From Paracoccaceae bacterium (GTDB lineage Bacteria > Pseudomonadota > Alphaproteobacteria > Rhodobacterales > Rhodobacteraceae), in NCBI GenBank assembly GCA_011389955.1, contig JAABTI010000001.1:17589-81588 (forward strand): DNA of 64,000 nt. Reading direction: 5' to 3'. A program made the translations under genes and the position numbers. Shown here one piece after another: positions 50,101-59,192 of this stretch. The notes beneath the pieces are model-generated. The model was not told where the DNA came from. It saw only the letters and a program-made list of their open reading frames with translations, and made no database searches. Within the stretch, counting starts at the first letter, position 1, and every line of letters starts with the position of its first letter.

Positions 50101-50246
50101 CGGTCCACATCGGGCAGCTCGCGGATCTCGACGCCGTACAGCCCCGCCAAACCGGCAATGGTGATAAGCGCGCTGAGCACCAGCGCCAGGATCGGGCGGC
50201 GCACGAACAGCGCCACGCCGGAGGGGGGGGTGCCGGTCTGTTTCAT
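47145..50246 (-). CDS. RND efflux permease (AcrB/AcrD/AcrF family), about 1033 aa
   Basis: LFVRRPI, GLVVDDAIVVLENI, KNGILIVEFA and RLRPVVMT motifs; true start at MKQTG, not at the 1501-aa ORF start. Confidence 0.93.
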   Translation of the reverse strand: MKQTGTPPSGVALFVRRPILALVLSALITIAGLAGLYGVEIRELPDVDRPVVTITTYFPGASPESVDQEITGRIEGAAGRISGVRAISSNSRFGRSRVTLEFNDNVDLDTAATDTRDAVARIANDLPDDAETPEIVKADANAQPVVRIAVTSPTRAPQDLTRIVSDRIEDRLVSLPGVADLQIYGDREAIFRVDIDQMELASRGLTLADIRRALANVSYDVPAGDLTGGQQSVSVRTTATVTTPEAFEALELAPNVSLGDVARVSLGPAPNATVLRANGETGIGIGVIRQATSNTLEISHDVHEVVDSLDKSLPDDINIFVTSDDAVFINGAITEVLKTLSLAVGIVVLVIFAFLRDVRATLIPALTMPVALIGTLAAIWIVGFSVNILTLLALVLATGLVVDDAIVVLENIVRRRSDGTGARAAAVLGTGQVFFAVVTTTATLAAVFIPLSFLPGQAGGLFREFGFTLAMAVLLSSVVALSLCPMLASRLLTRPPPAAPARRSPVVWLGQSLAALYQKLLRAALAAPFVVVVAAVLFAATAAMVAGTIRQELTPREDRAIALMSITAPQGVSLNYTTAKLHEIEQAISPLRDSGEMTDVFSFTGYRGDNRGFIVMRLAKWDERSRSQDEIVGEMNRRLRDVIGVRAYAIQPNSLGIRGAGRGLTFAITGDDYAQLADVAKELVTRLQQDPQMGQVRVDYETTQPQLFIRIDRARAADLGIDITGLGDALRAVLEGRSVGEVFIDATSYEIRMLSTSNPVNDPGDLERIFLQTGDGQMVPMSTFVTLQERAISPELNREGQKRAIEITAGLTPKLAIGDALERVEQQAAELLAPVNRIVPLAEAATLDQTSSGLMLTFGFAIIVVFLVLAAQFESTISAVVVMATVPLGLACAVFALLVTGQSLNVYSQIGLVMLIGIMAKNGILIVEFANQLRDQGAQVHDAILRACSIRLRPVVMTMASTVLGGVPLILSSGAGAEAREALGWVIVGGLGLATVMTLFLTPVVYLLLARFSPPRAQEEERLRAELEAADPA

Positions 50247-51430
50247 GTGCGGCGCACGCGATCGCCGGGCCGGTGGGGGGCGATGGCCGCGTCGGATGTG
50301 TCGGTGCTGCTGCGCAGGTCGACGCCCGGCCGCAGCACCTGCACGCCTTCGATCACCACCTGGTCGCCGGCGCGCAAATCGCCCTCTACCAGCACGCTGT
50401 CGCTGTTGCGTTGCCGGATCGTGACCGGCACGCGGACGGCCTTGCCGTCGCGCGCCGTCCATACGAAAGAGCCTTCGTCGGACCATTGCACCGCCAGCGG
50501 GTTGACCGACGGGAATTCCTTTCCGGGGAGGGTGAGGCTGACCTCGAAGGCCATGCCGGGGCGCAGGGTGTCGCCGCTGTTGTCCAGTTCGCCGCGCACG
50601 CGCAAGGTGCGGCTGGCGCGGTCCACCACGGTATCGATCGTGCTGATATTGCCCGTCAGGGTGCGGTCGGGCTGCGCGAGGGGGCGAAGGCGGACCGTCA
50701 TGCCGTCTTGCAGCTGTCCGATAACCCGTTCGGGCACCCGGAAGTCGATCAGCAGGTCGGAGCGATCGGTCACCGTGGCCAGCGGATCCTGCGCGGTGAT
50801 GCGATCGCCGACTTCGATCTCGTATATACCGATGCGGCCGTCGATGGGCGCGCGGATCACGCGCTGTGACAGGTCGAATTCGGCCTGCCTGACCTGCAAC
50901 TCGGCGTTGCGCCGGGCCAGGATGGCCTCGCGAAAGCGCACCTCCGAAACGGTGCCCGACACTTCCAGCCGCGACAGCCGTTCGACATCCTCGCGCGCCT
51001 TGTCCAGCGCGACGCGCGCGCTTTCCAGCGCTATGCGCTCTGCCTCGTTCTCGAGGCGGACGATCACCGCATCCCTTTCCACGACTGCGCCGGAGGGGAA
51101 TTCGATACTGTCTATCCGGCCGGTTGTCTGCGACCGGATCGTGACCGCGCGGCGCGCGCGCGCATCGCCGATCGCGGTAATCCGGTCGTTCAGAACCCCC
51201 GTGGCGACATTTTGCAACACCACGCTGACGGCGCGCGACCGTCGCCGCGCGTCGCCCGTGTTGTCCTGCGTCTGCGGTTCCGCCAGTTCGATCCCAAGGA
51301 CATCGGGCAGACCGGTGCGGTTGAGCCATTGGGCGGCGCCGGGCACGTAGGTGATCCAGCCCCAGATGGCCAAGCCGGTCAGAAGCACGATCAGCACAAG
51401 CTGTCTGAGGGCGGAAAATAGTGCGGTCAT
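50243..51430 (-). CDS. RND periplasmic adaptor (MFP)
   Basis: N-terminal TM, IRAPIDG and LRPGM motifs; overlaps the permease start. Confidence 0.9.
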   Translation of the reverse strand: MTALFSALRQLVLIVLLTGLAIWGWITYVPGAAQWLNRTGLPDVLGIELAEPQTQDNTGDARRRSRAVSVVLQNVATGVLNDRITAIGDARARRAVTIRSQTTGRIDSIEFPSGAVVERDAVIVRLENEAERIALESARVALDKAREDVERLSRLEVSGTVSEVRFREAILARRNAELQVRQAEFDLSQRVIRAPIDGRIGIYEIEVGDRITAQDPLATVTDRSDLLIDFRVPERVIGQLQDGMTVRLRPLAQPDRTLTGNISTIDTVVDRASRTLRVRGELDNSGDTLRPGMAFEVSLTLPGKEFPSVNPLAVQWSDEGSFVWTARDGKAVRVPVTIRQRNSDSVLVEGDLRAGDQVVIEGVQVLRPGVDLRSSTDTSDAAIAPHRPGDRVRRT

Positions 51431-51588
51431 GCGTCTGTTTGTCCTGCGCTGGCGTGAAACGGATCATAATGCGTTTTGAACAAAAGGCCACTCCCCGGGG
51501 CATGTCCGGAGCGCCGCGCGTGCGGGGGCTTGGATTTCCCGGACGAAGTGGGCAAGGTGCCCCAAAACAAGCAGGGGCGGAACGACAG

Positions 51589-52842
51589 ATGGATGCGAGC
51601 CAGGATAAAACCGTTGTCATAATCGGGGCCGGTATCGTGGGAGTGTCCACCGCGCTGAGCCTGCAACGTGCGGGGCATCATGCCATTCTGATCGACAAGG
51701 ACGGCCCGGGCGAGGCGGCGAGCTACGGCAATGGCGGTATCCTGGCGTCCTGTGCGGTGGTGCCGGTGACCGGACCCGGCCTGATCTGGAAGGCGCCCGG
51801 GATGCTGCTGGACCCGCGCGAGCCATTGTTCATGAAGTGGCGGGACATGCCGGGAATGCTGCCGTGGCTGCTGCGTTTCATGTCACACGCAAATGCCGGC
51901 GACACGCGCCGCATCGCCGCCGGACTGGCGCCCATCGTGGGTGACAGCCTGGCCGATCACCAGGCGTTGGCGCGGGGAACGGCGGCCGAGCGATACATCG
52001 TGCCCGGCGATTACCTGTACATCTACCGCGATCGAAAAGGGTTCGAAGACGAGGCATTTTCCTGGGACATCCGAAGTGCCCACGGGTTCGAGTGGGAAGA
52101 GATGGATGCCGCCCGCCTGCATGGCTACGAACCGGCCATCAGCAGCGACATGCAGTTCGGCGTGCGCCTGGAAAACCACGGTCGGATCACCGATCCGGGG
52201 GCTTATGTGCAGGCGCTGGCAGCGGAGGCCGAGGCGCATGGCGCGCGCGTCATCCGCGCCGAGGTGAGCGACATTGTGCGCGAGGGCGGTGGCGTTTGCG
52301 GCGTCCGCGCCGGGGGCGAGGTGATCGCGTGCGACGACATGGTGATCTGCACCGGCGCATGGTCCGGGCCGCTGAGCCGCGCATTGGGCCTGCGGGTGCC
52401 TCTGCAATCCGAGCGGGGCTATCATATCGAGTTGTGGAACCCGTCGCAGACGATCGCGGCGCCGGCGATGGTCGCGTCGGGAAAATTCGTGCTGAACCCG
52501 ATGGAGGGGCGTTTGCGGCTGGCTGGCGTCGTCGAGTTGGGCAGCATGGATGCGCCCGAGTCGCGTGCGCCCTTCGATCTGTTGATGCGCGGCGTGCGCC
52601 GGGTGCTTCCCGATCTGCGCTGGGACGAGGCGAGCGAATGGATGGGGCACCGCCCATCGACACCGGACAGCCTGCCCCTGATCGGCGCCGTGCCGGGCCT
52701 GCGCGGCGCCTGGACGGGCTTCGGGCACCATCATGTCGGCCTGACGGCGGGCCCGGCAACGGGGCGGATATTGGCGCAGATGATTTCGGGCAAACGGCCC
52801 AACCTGGATGTCACCCCCTATGACCCGGGGCGTTTTGCCTGA
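51589..52842 (+). CDS. FAD-dependent D-amino acid dehydrogenase-like oxidoreductase (DadA family)
   Basis: IIGAGIVG, ASYGNGG, ERGYH, WMGHRPSTPDSLP and FGHHHVGLT motifs. Confidence 0.85.
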   Translation: MDASQDKTVVIIGAGIVGVSTALSLQRAGHHAILIDKDGPGEAASYGNGGILASCAVVPVTGPGLIWKAPGMLLDPREPLFMKWRDMPGMLPWLLRFMSHANAGDTRRIAAGLAPIVGDSLADHQALARGTAAERYIVPGDYLYIYRDRKGFEDEAFSWDIRSAHGFEWEEMDAARLHGYEPAISSDMQFGVRLENHGRITDPGAYVQALAAEAEAHGARVIRAEVSDIVREGGGVCGVRAGGEVIACDDMVICTGAWSGPLSRALGLRVPLQSERGYHIELWNPSQTIAAPAMVASGKFVLNPMEGRLRLAGVVELGSMDAPESRAPFDLLMRGVRRVLPDLRWDEASEWMGHRPSTPDSLPLIGAVPGLRGAWTGFGHHHVGLTAGPATGRILAQMISGKRPNLDVTPYDPGRFA

Positions 52843-52847
52843 GCCGT

Positions 52848-53363
52848 TCAGAGCGACGTGGCGGCGCGTGCGGCCTGGTCGTATTGTCCCGACATCAACC
52901 TGAGCAGGCCCGCGAGTTTGCTGACCTGCTCCGGCTCCAGCCCGAGATCCTGGACCGTGCTGATAAGCAGACCTTCGCGGATTTCCCGGTATCTTTCACA
53001 AGCATCCGCACCCGCTTGGGTTGCCTCTACCGTCTTTTCCTTGCCGCTACGGCCGGTTTGAACCAGCCCGGAGCGCGTGAGCTTCTTGATCGCGTAGGTG
53101 ACGGTATGGGTGTCCTCGACGTTCAGCACCAGACAAATGTCGGCCAGCTTCTTTGGCCGACCGCGGTGCCGCACCGTGTGCAGCACCAGAACGTCCAGCG
53201 CCGACAGGTCCGGATACCCCGCCGCCGACATCGCGCGGACGATCCAGCGGTCGAAGGCATGGGAGGCGATGATCAGGCCGAACTCGAATTCCGACACCTG
53301 GGCAAACGACCCTTCGGCAAGGTGGGATGAGGAAACAACGGGGCCGATCGAAGATTTGGTCAT
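52848..53363 (-). CDS. MarR-type winged-helix regulator
   Basis: PVVSSSHLA...SEFEFGL...KKLADICLVLNVEDTHTVTYAIKKL pattern. Confidence 0.85.
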   Translation of the reverse strand: MTKSSIGPVVSSSHLAEGSFAQVSEFEFGLIIASHAFDRWIVRAMSAAGYPDLSALDVLVLHTVRHRGRPKKLADICLVLNVEDTHTVTYAIKKLTRSGLVQTGRSGKEKTVEATQAGADACERYREIREGLLISTVQDLGLEPEQVSKLAGLLRLMSGQYDQAARAATSL

Positions 53364-53392
53364 GAAGGCAGGATGGCTGACGAGGTGAATAT

Positions 53393-53419
53393 GTCAACAA
53401 AATGTTGACGTTTCGTCAA
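53393..53419. promoter_or_regulatory. Overlapping palindromic operator(s) between the MarR-type gene and dctP
   Basis: GTCAACA-N3-TGTTGAC (53393-53409) overlapping TTGACG-N3-CGTCAA (53405-53419). Confidence 0.65.
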
Positions 53420-53604
53420 TGTAGGCCAGAATGAAATCAGGGAATCGGCTTGCGATTGCCGTGAGCGGCGCCTTTTGCATCGGCGGGATCACGGGGGTGC
53501 TTGACCGGTTGCTTTCATCCCGCCACCGTTCGATGGGCGGGCAACCAAGCATGCGGCCGGAAAAACGGCCGATCTTTCCAACACGTCAAGGGAGTTCGAC
53601 TATC

Positions 53605-54582
53605 ATGAAAACGCTTACCAGTCTGGCCACCGCGACAGCGCTTACAGCTGTCAGCATGGCCCCCGCATTCGCTGAAACCTGGGATATGCCGATGGCGTAT
53701 TCCGGTTCGAATTTCCATTCGCAGGTCGGTGCCGAGTTCGCCAACTGCGTGACCACGGGCACCGGCGGCGAGATCGAGATCAAGACGCATCCGTCCGGCT
53801 CGTTGTTCGCGGGCAACGACATCAAGCGCGCGGTGCAGACCGGGCAGGTGCCCATCGGCGAGCGGCTGCTTTCCGGTCACCAGAACGAGAACCCGCTGTT
53901 CGGGTTCGACAGCGTACCGTTCCTGGCCACCTCTTTCGAGGAAAGCCAGAAGCTGTGGGAAGCCGCGCGCCCCACCATCGAAGAGGTGCTGGAAGACCAG
54001 AACCTGACGCTTCTTTATGCCGTGCCGTGGCCGCCGCAGGGCATGTATTTCAAGAACGAGGTGCAGGCCGTCGCCGACATGGAGGGGGTCAAGTTCCGCT
54101 CCTACAACACCGCGACGGCGCGGCTGGCGGAGCTGACGGGCATGTTGCCGGTGCAGATCGAGGCGGCAGAAATCAGCCAGGCCTTCGCCACCGGCGTCGC
54201 GGAGGCGATGATTTCCTCGGGTGCGACGGGCTATGACCGCAAGGTCTGGGAAAGCCTTGATTACTTTTACGAGGTCGATGCATGGCTGCCGCGCAACTAC
54301 GTGTTCGTGAACTCGGATGCGTGGGAGGGCACCTCGCAGGAAAACCGCGACGTGATGCGCGGCTGCGCGGAACTGGCCGAATATACCGGCCTGTGGCGGT
54401 CCAAGGAATACACCGGCTTTACCGTGCAGGGACTGCGCGACGGGGGCATGACGGTTGAAGCGCCCAGCGACACGCTGCGTCAGGAGCTCAAGCAGATCGG
54501 TGAAACGATGACCGAGGAATGGCTGGAGCAGGCAGGTGCCGAGGGCAAGGAAATCGTCGAGGCTTATCGCGAAATGCAATAA
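53605..54582 (+). CDS. TRAP transporter substrate-binding protein DctP
   Basis: Signal peptide; WDMPMAY..SNFH, HPSGSL and KFRSYN motifs. Confidence 0.9.
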   Translation: MKTLTSLATATALTAVSMAPAFAETWDMPMAYSGSNFHSQVGAEFANCVTTGTGGEIEIKTHPSGSLFAGNDIKRAVQTGQVPIGERLLSGHQNENPLFGFDSVPFLATSFEESQKLWEAARPTIEEVLEDQNLTLLYAVPWPPQGMYFKNEVQAVADMEGVKFRSYNTATARLAELTGMLPVQIEAAEISQAFATGVAEAMISSGATGYDRKVWESLDYFYEVDAWLPRNYVFVNSDAWEGTSQENRDVMRGCAELAEYTGLWRSKEYTGFTVQGLRDGGMTVEAPSDTLRQELKQIGETMTEEWLEQAGAEGKEIVEAYREMQ

Positions 54583-54656
54583 TCCGGTCATGGTGCGTGG
54601 CCCCCGATGCGGCCGGGCCACGCGCTTTTCCATCAATCCAGCCAGGGAGAGCCACC

Positions 54657-55184
54657 ATGGCCGCCTTGCGTATCCTGCGCCGTTTCCTCGACGGGCTATA
54701 CACCGGGGCGGGGATCCTGGCCGCGCTGTGCCTGATCGCGATCCTGGTGTTGATCCTTCTGCAAATGCTTGCGCGCTGGACCGGCGAGGTGTTCCCCGGC
54801 GCCCCGGAATACGCCGGTTACGCCATGGCGGCGGCATCGTTCCTGGCCTTTGCCGGGGCGTTGAACAACGGCGCGCATATCCGGGTGGGTGTTCTGCTCA
54901 ACGCGGCGGGACCGCGCATGAACTGGCTGCTGGAGGTGTGGTGCTTTGCCATCGGATCGGCGGTCGCGTGGTATTTCGTCTGGTTTGCGCGCCGCTTCGT
55001 CTACTGGTCCTGGAAATTCGGTGACGTCAGCCAGGGGCAGGACAAGACTGCCTTGTGGATGCCGCAATCACTGATGCTGGTGGGGGCGGTAATCCTTGCC
55101 ATAGCGCTGACCGACAACTTGCTGAGCCTGATTTTCACCGGCCGTCACCGCATGCGCCAGAACGTCGTGGGCGAGGAGAACTGA
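54657..55184 (+). CDS. TRAP small permease DctQ
   Basis: Four TM segments and the GAHIRV motif. Confidence 0.88.
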   Translation: MAALRILRRFLDGLYTGAGILAALCLIAILVLILLQMLARWTGEVFPGAPEYAGYAMAAASFLAFAGALNNGAHIRVGVLLNAAGPRMNWLLEVWCFAIGSAVAWYFVWFARRFVYWSWKFGDVSQGQDKTALWMPQSLMLVGAVILAIALTDNLLSLIFTGRHRMRQNVVGEEN

Positions 55185-55188
55185 GCGC

Positions 55189-56502
55189 ATGGAAGATCTG
55201 TCTATCATCATCCTGTTTCTGTTCGTCTTGTTCCTGCTGCTTGGCAGTGGTGTCTGGGTCGGACTTGCCCTGATGGGGGTGGCCTGGGTCGGGATGGAGC
55301 TGTTCACCACGCGCCCGGTGGGCGACACGATGCTGACGGTGATCTGGACCGCGTCGAGCAGCTGGACGCTTACGGCGCTGCCGCTTTTCATATGGATGGG
55401 CGAGATCCTGTATCGCACGCGCCTGTCGCAGGACATGTTTCGCGGGCTGGCACCGTGGATGTCACGGCTGCCCGGGGGGCTGGTGCATACCAACATCGTG
55501 GGCTGCACCGTCTTTGCCGCCGTTTCGGGCAGTTCGGCCGCCACGCTCAGCACGGTTGGCAAGATGTCGATCCCCGAACTGCGCCGCCGGGACTATCCCG
55601 AGCGCATGGTCATCGGCACGCTGGCCGGGGCGGCGACGCTTGGTCTGATGATCCCGCCATCGCTGACGCTGATCGTCTATGGCGTGACCATCAACGAAAG
55701 CATATCCAAGCTGTTCTTCGCGGGGATCGTGCCGGGTATCGTTCTGGCGGGCATGTTCATGGCCTTCGTGGCGATCACCAGCCAGGTGTCGAAAGGCTGG
55801 GCCCCCAAGCAGGATCCGGTCATGAGCTTCGGTCAGAAGCTGGCGAATTCGCGCTACCTGATCCCGGTATTGTTGCTGATCTCGGTGGTGATCGGGTCGA
55901 TGTATCTGGGCTATGCCACCGCGACCGAGGCGGCGGCGTTTGGTGTGGTCGGGGCGCTGGTCCTGGCGATATCGCAGGGGTCGCTGAACCGGGCCACCTT
56001 CACCGAGTCGCTGATGGGGGCGACGCGCACCTCCGCGATGATCGCGCTGATCCTTGCGGGGGCGGCGTTCCTGTCGCTGTCAATGGGGTTTACGGGATTG
56101 CCGCGCGGGCTAGCCGACCTGATCGCCGGTTGGGATCTGAGCCGGTTTCAACTGCTGATGGCGCTGCTGGTGTTCTATATCGTGCTGGGTATGTTTCTGG
56201 ACGGTATTTCGTCGGTCGTTCTGACCATGGCGGTGGTCGAGCCGATGGTGCGTGAAGCCGGGATCGACCTGATCTGGTTCGGTATCTTCATCGTCGTGGT
56301 GGTGGAGATGGCGCAGATCACGCCACCCATCGGGTTCAACCTGTTCGTGTTGCAGGGCATGACCGGCCACGGCATGGGGTTCATCGCGCGGGCGGCCTTT
56401 CCGATGTTCCTGATCATGGTGGTGATGGTGTTCGTTCTGATCGCCTTTCCGGAGCTTGCGACGTGGTTGCCCGACAACATCAGGCAGAGGCCGGGAGGCT
56501 GA
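55189..56502 (+). CDS. TRAP large permease DctM
   Basis: ALPLFIWMG, SGSSAAT, LGLMIPPS and ITPPIGFNLF motifs. Confidence 0.93.
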   Translation: MEDLSIIILFLFVLFLLLGSGVWVGLALMGVAWVGMELFTTRPVGDTMLTVIWTASSSWTLTALPLFIWMGEILYRTRLSQDMFRGLAPWMSRLPGGLVHTNIVGCTVFAAVSGSSAATLSTVGKMSIPELRRRDYPERMVIGTLAGAATLGLMIPPSLTLIVYGVTINESISKLFFAGIVPGIVLAGMFMAFVAITSQVSKGWAPKQDPVMSFGQKLANSRYLIPVLLLISVVIGSMYLGYATATEAAAFGVVGALVLAISQGSLNRATFTESLMGATRTSAMIALILAGAAFLSLSMGFTGLPRGLADLIAGWDLSRFQLLMALLVFYIVLGMFLDGISSVVLTMAVVEPMVREAGIDLIWFGIFIVVVVEMAQITPPIGFNLFVLQGMTGHGMGFIARAAFPMFLIMVVMVFVLIAFPELATWLPDNIRQRPGG

Positions 56503-56507
56503 CGGTG

Positions 56508-57428
56508 ATGTTTGCTGCGTTGCGATGGCTGGCCCGTCACGGGCGGCTGGTGCTGGTCGCGGGACTGGTGGCCGGGCTTGTCTTGCCGGGGCTGGCCGCG
56601 GTGTTGCGCGACTGGCTGGCGCCGATGGTGGCGGGGCTGCTGTTCCTGACCGCCATGCGGATCGGTGCGCGCGCGGCGCTGGGCTCGCTGGCGCAGGCGC
56701 GCGGGGCGCTGGGCGCGGCGCTGGTTCTGCAAATGGCGCTGCCGCTGGTGGCGGTGTCGGCGTTCGCGGTGCTTGGGGTTCTGCAAACGCCGCTGGCGCT
56801 GGCATTGGTTCTGATGCTGGCCGCGCCGCCGGTGGCGGGCGTGCCCAGCTTCACCCTGATGATGGGCCATGACCCGGCGCCGGGGCTGCGCCTGCTGATC
56901 GTGGGCACGGCGCTGTTGCCGTTGACGGTGCTGCCGGTGTTCTGGGCGCTGCCGACGCTTGGCTCGGCGGCGGGTGTTCTGGCGGCGGCGGGGCGGTTGC
57001 TCGTGGTGATCGCGGCGGCGACGGCCGCGGGGTTCGCCCTGCGCGCGGCGATGCCCCGCACGGCGGACCGGCGCGCGACCGAGGCGCTGGACGGGCTGAC
57101 CGCCGTGGCGTTGGCGGTGATCGTGATCGGGCTGATGTCTGCGGTGGCGCCGGCACTGGCCAGTGATCCGATGCTGGTGCTGTGGTGGCTTGGTGTCGCG
57201 GTGGCGGCGAATCTTGGCTTGCAACTGTTGGCGCACATGCTGCCGGGGGCGGGTGACGTGGCGACATCGGTGGCGGCGGGCAACCGATCCATCGCGCTGT
57301 TCCTGGTGGCGTTGCCGCCGGAAATGATGGCGCCCCTTCTGCTGTTCATCGGATGTTATCAACTGCCCATGTTCCTGACACCGATCATCATGAAACGCAT
57401 CTACAGGGGGTCTCATGTCGCGGCCTGA
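56508..57428 (+). CDS. Multi-TM membrane protein, possibly bile acid:Na+ symporter-like
   Basis: About 9-10 hydrophobic segments, AAPP and GNRSIAL; family assignment is tentative. Confidence 0.65.
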   Translation: MFAALRWLARHGRLVLVAGLVAGLVLPGLAAVLRDWLAPMVAGLLFLTAMRIGARAALGSLAQARGALGAALVLQMALPLVAVSAFAVLGVLQTPLALALVLMLAAPPVAGVPSFTLMMGHDPAPGLRLLIVGTALLPLTVLPVFWALPTLGSAAGVLAAAGRLLVVIAAATAAGFALRAAMPRTADRRATEALDGLTAVALAVIVIGLMSAVAPALASDPMLVLWWLGVAVAANLGLQLLAHMLPGAGDVATSVAAGNRSIALFLVALPPEMMAPLLLFIGCYQLPMFLTPIIMKRIYRGSHVAA

Positions 57429-58161
57429 GGGGTTTCCGAAGATTGCGCCGGTCGGTTTGTGCGGCATGGCGATACGGTTTTCCGCGTCGCTGAGCGAGCA
57501 GGCGAACCGCGCCGCGCTGGCCTTTCGCGCCGGTTTGGAAAAGGCAGGCTGGGAAGGGGTGGAGGAGGTGTCCACCTCGCTGACCTCGGCCTTCGTGCGT
57601 TTCGATCCGCTGCGCCTGTCGCATGACGGGCTGGAGGCGCAGCTACGCGACATGCTGGATGCGCGGGACTGGTACGGGGCCGACCTGCCTGGCGGGCGCA
57701 AGCATTTTCGCATCCCCTGCGTTCTGGGCACCGAGCTGGGCCCGCAATTCGGCGATGCGGCCGCGGAGGCCGGCCTGTCGGAGGCGCAGGCGCGCGAAGA
57801 GCTTTGCGCGGCCCGGCCCAGGGTTCTGACCATCGGCTTCGCCCCCGGGCAGCCCTATACCGGCGAGTTGCCAGCGCATTGGGACATTCCCCGTCTCAAG
57901 GAGCTGACGCCGAAGGTGCCGCAGGGCGCGCTGGTGGTGGCGATCCGGCAGCTGATCATATTTGCCAACGACACGCCCACGGGCTGGCGCCATATCGGGC
58001 AGACGGCGTTTCGCTGTTTTTGTCCCGAGGCGGACGAGCCGTTCGCCCTGCGCCCCGGGGACGAGATCAGCCTGCGCGCCATCGATGCCGAGGAATTGCA
58101 CGCGATCCGCGCGCGCGACCGGACCGGCCTTGGCGGCGCCGAGATCGAGGTGATCGAATGA
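57415..58161 (+). CDS. pxpB: 5-oxoprolinase subunit B (allophanate hydrolase 1-like)
   Basis: IGFAPGQPY, PKVPQGAL, TPTGWRHIGQT and LRPGD motifs. Confidence 0.82.
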   Translation: MSRPEGFPKIAPVGLCGMAIRFSASLSEQANRAALAFRAGLEKAGWEGVEEVSTSLTSAFVRFDPLRLSHDGLEAQLRDMLDARDWYGADLPGGRKHFRIPCVLGTELGPQFGDAAAEAGLSEAQAREELCAARPRVLTIGFAPGQPYTGELPAHWDIPRLKELTPKVPQGALVVAIRQLIIFANDTPTGWRHIGQTAFRCFCPEADEPFALRPGDEISLRAIDAEELHAIRARDRTGLGGAEIEVIE

Positions 58162-59192
58162 GTGCGCGTTACCTGCATGTGCTGGAGGCCGGGCCGTCGA
58201 TGACGGTGCAGGATGCCGGGCGCGCCGGTTACCTGGGCGAGGGGCTGTCACGGTCCGGTGCGGCGGATGCGCTGGCCCTGGCCGAGGGCGCGGCCCTGCT
58301 GCGGCAAGGCGCGGAGTTGGCGACGGTGGAGATGGCCGGCATGGGCGGCGCGTTTCGGCCCAGCCACGACATGCGCATCGCGCTGAGCGGTGCGCCGATG
58401 CGCGCCGATGTGGACGGCGCGCGCCTGACATGGAACGCCAGCCACCTGTTGCCCGCCGGCGCGGTGTTGCGCATCGGCGCGGCAGAGGCCGGCACCTACG
58501 GCTACCTGCACCTGGGCGGCGGCGTGGCGACACCGTCGGTTCTGGGTTCGCGCGCGGCCCATCTGGCCGCAGGCGTGGGCGGGGCCCTGAAGGTGGGCGA
58601 CGAGTTGCCCGTGGGCGACGAGACCAGCGATGCGGTCGGCCTGACACTGGACCCCGCGCCGCGCTTCACCGGGGGCGAGGTGCGGGTGACGGAGTCGATG
58701 CAGACGGCGCTGTTTTCCGGCGAGACGCTGTCGCGGTTCGAAAGCACGGAATTCACCCGCGATGCGCGCGCCAACCGCATGGGGGTGCGCATGGCCTTCG
58801 ACGGCGCGCCCTTTGCCGCCGAGGGGCAGTTGGCGATCCTGTCCGAGGTGATCGTGCCCGGCGACATCCAGATGACCGGGGACGGCACGCCCTTCGTGCT
58901 GTTGCCCGAGTGCCAGACCACGGGTGGCTATCCGCGCATCGGCACGGTGATCCCGCCTGACATGCCGCGCGTGGCGCAGGCCGGGCCGGGGGCGGCGTTG
59001 CGGTTCCGGTTCATCAGCCAGCAAGAGGGCGTTGACGCCCTGCGGCGTCACCGCGATGCATTGGCCGCGCTTCCGCGTGGCGTGCGCGCGTTGTTGCGCG
59101 ACCCGGCGCAGATGTCTGACCTGCTATCGTACCAGTTGATCGATGGCGCCGTATCGGCCCATGATCCGGACCCGAAAGGAGACCACGAATGA
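58158..59192 (+). CDS. pxpC: 5-oxoprolinase subunit C (allophanate hydrolase 2-like)
   Basis: TVQDAGR, NRMGVR, PGDIQ and QTTGGYPRI motifs. Confidence 0.85.
   Translation: MSARYLHVLEAGPSMTVQDAGRAGYLGEGLSRSGAADALALAEGAALLRQGAELATVEMAGMGGAFRPSHDMRIALSGAPMRADVDGARLTWNASHLLPAGAVLRIGAAEAGTYGYLHLGGGVATPSVLGSRAAHLAAGVGGALKVGDELPVGDETSDAVGLTLDPAPRFTGGEVRVTESMQTALFSGETLSRFESTEFTRDARANRMGVRMAFDGAPFAAEGQLAILSEVIVPGDIQMTGDGTPFVLLPECQTTGGYPRIGTVIPPDMPRVAQAGPGAALRFRFISQQEGVDALRRHRDALAALPRGVRALLRDPAQMSDLLSYQLIDGAVSAHDPDPKGDHE

Noticed and set aside
47145-51430. RND pair (and the ABC exporter at 59952-64000) lacking an outer-membrane factor
   Set aside because: Shared, unlinked TolC-type channels are normal.
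47145-51650. 1501-aa giant RND ORF
   Set aside because: The N-terminal ~470 aa is an off-frame read through the MFP gene; the real start is at 50246.
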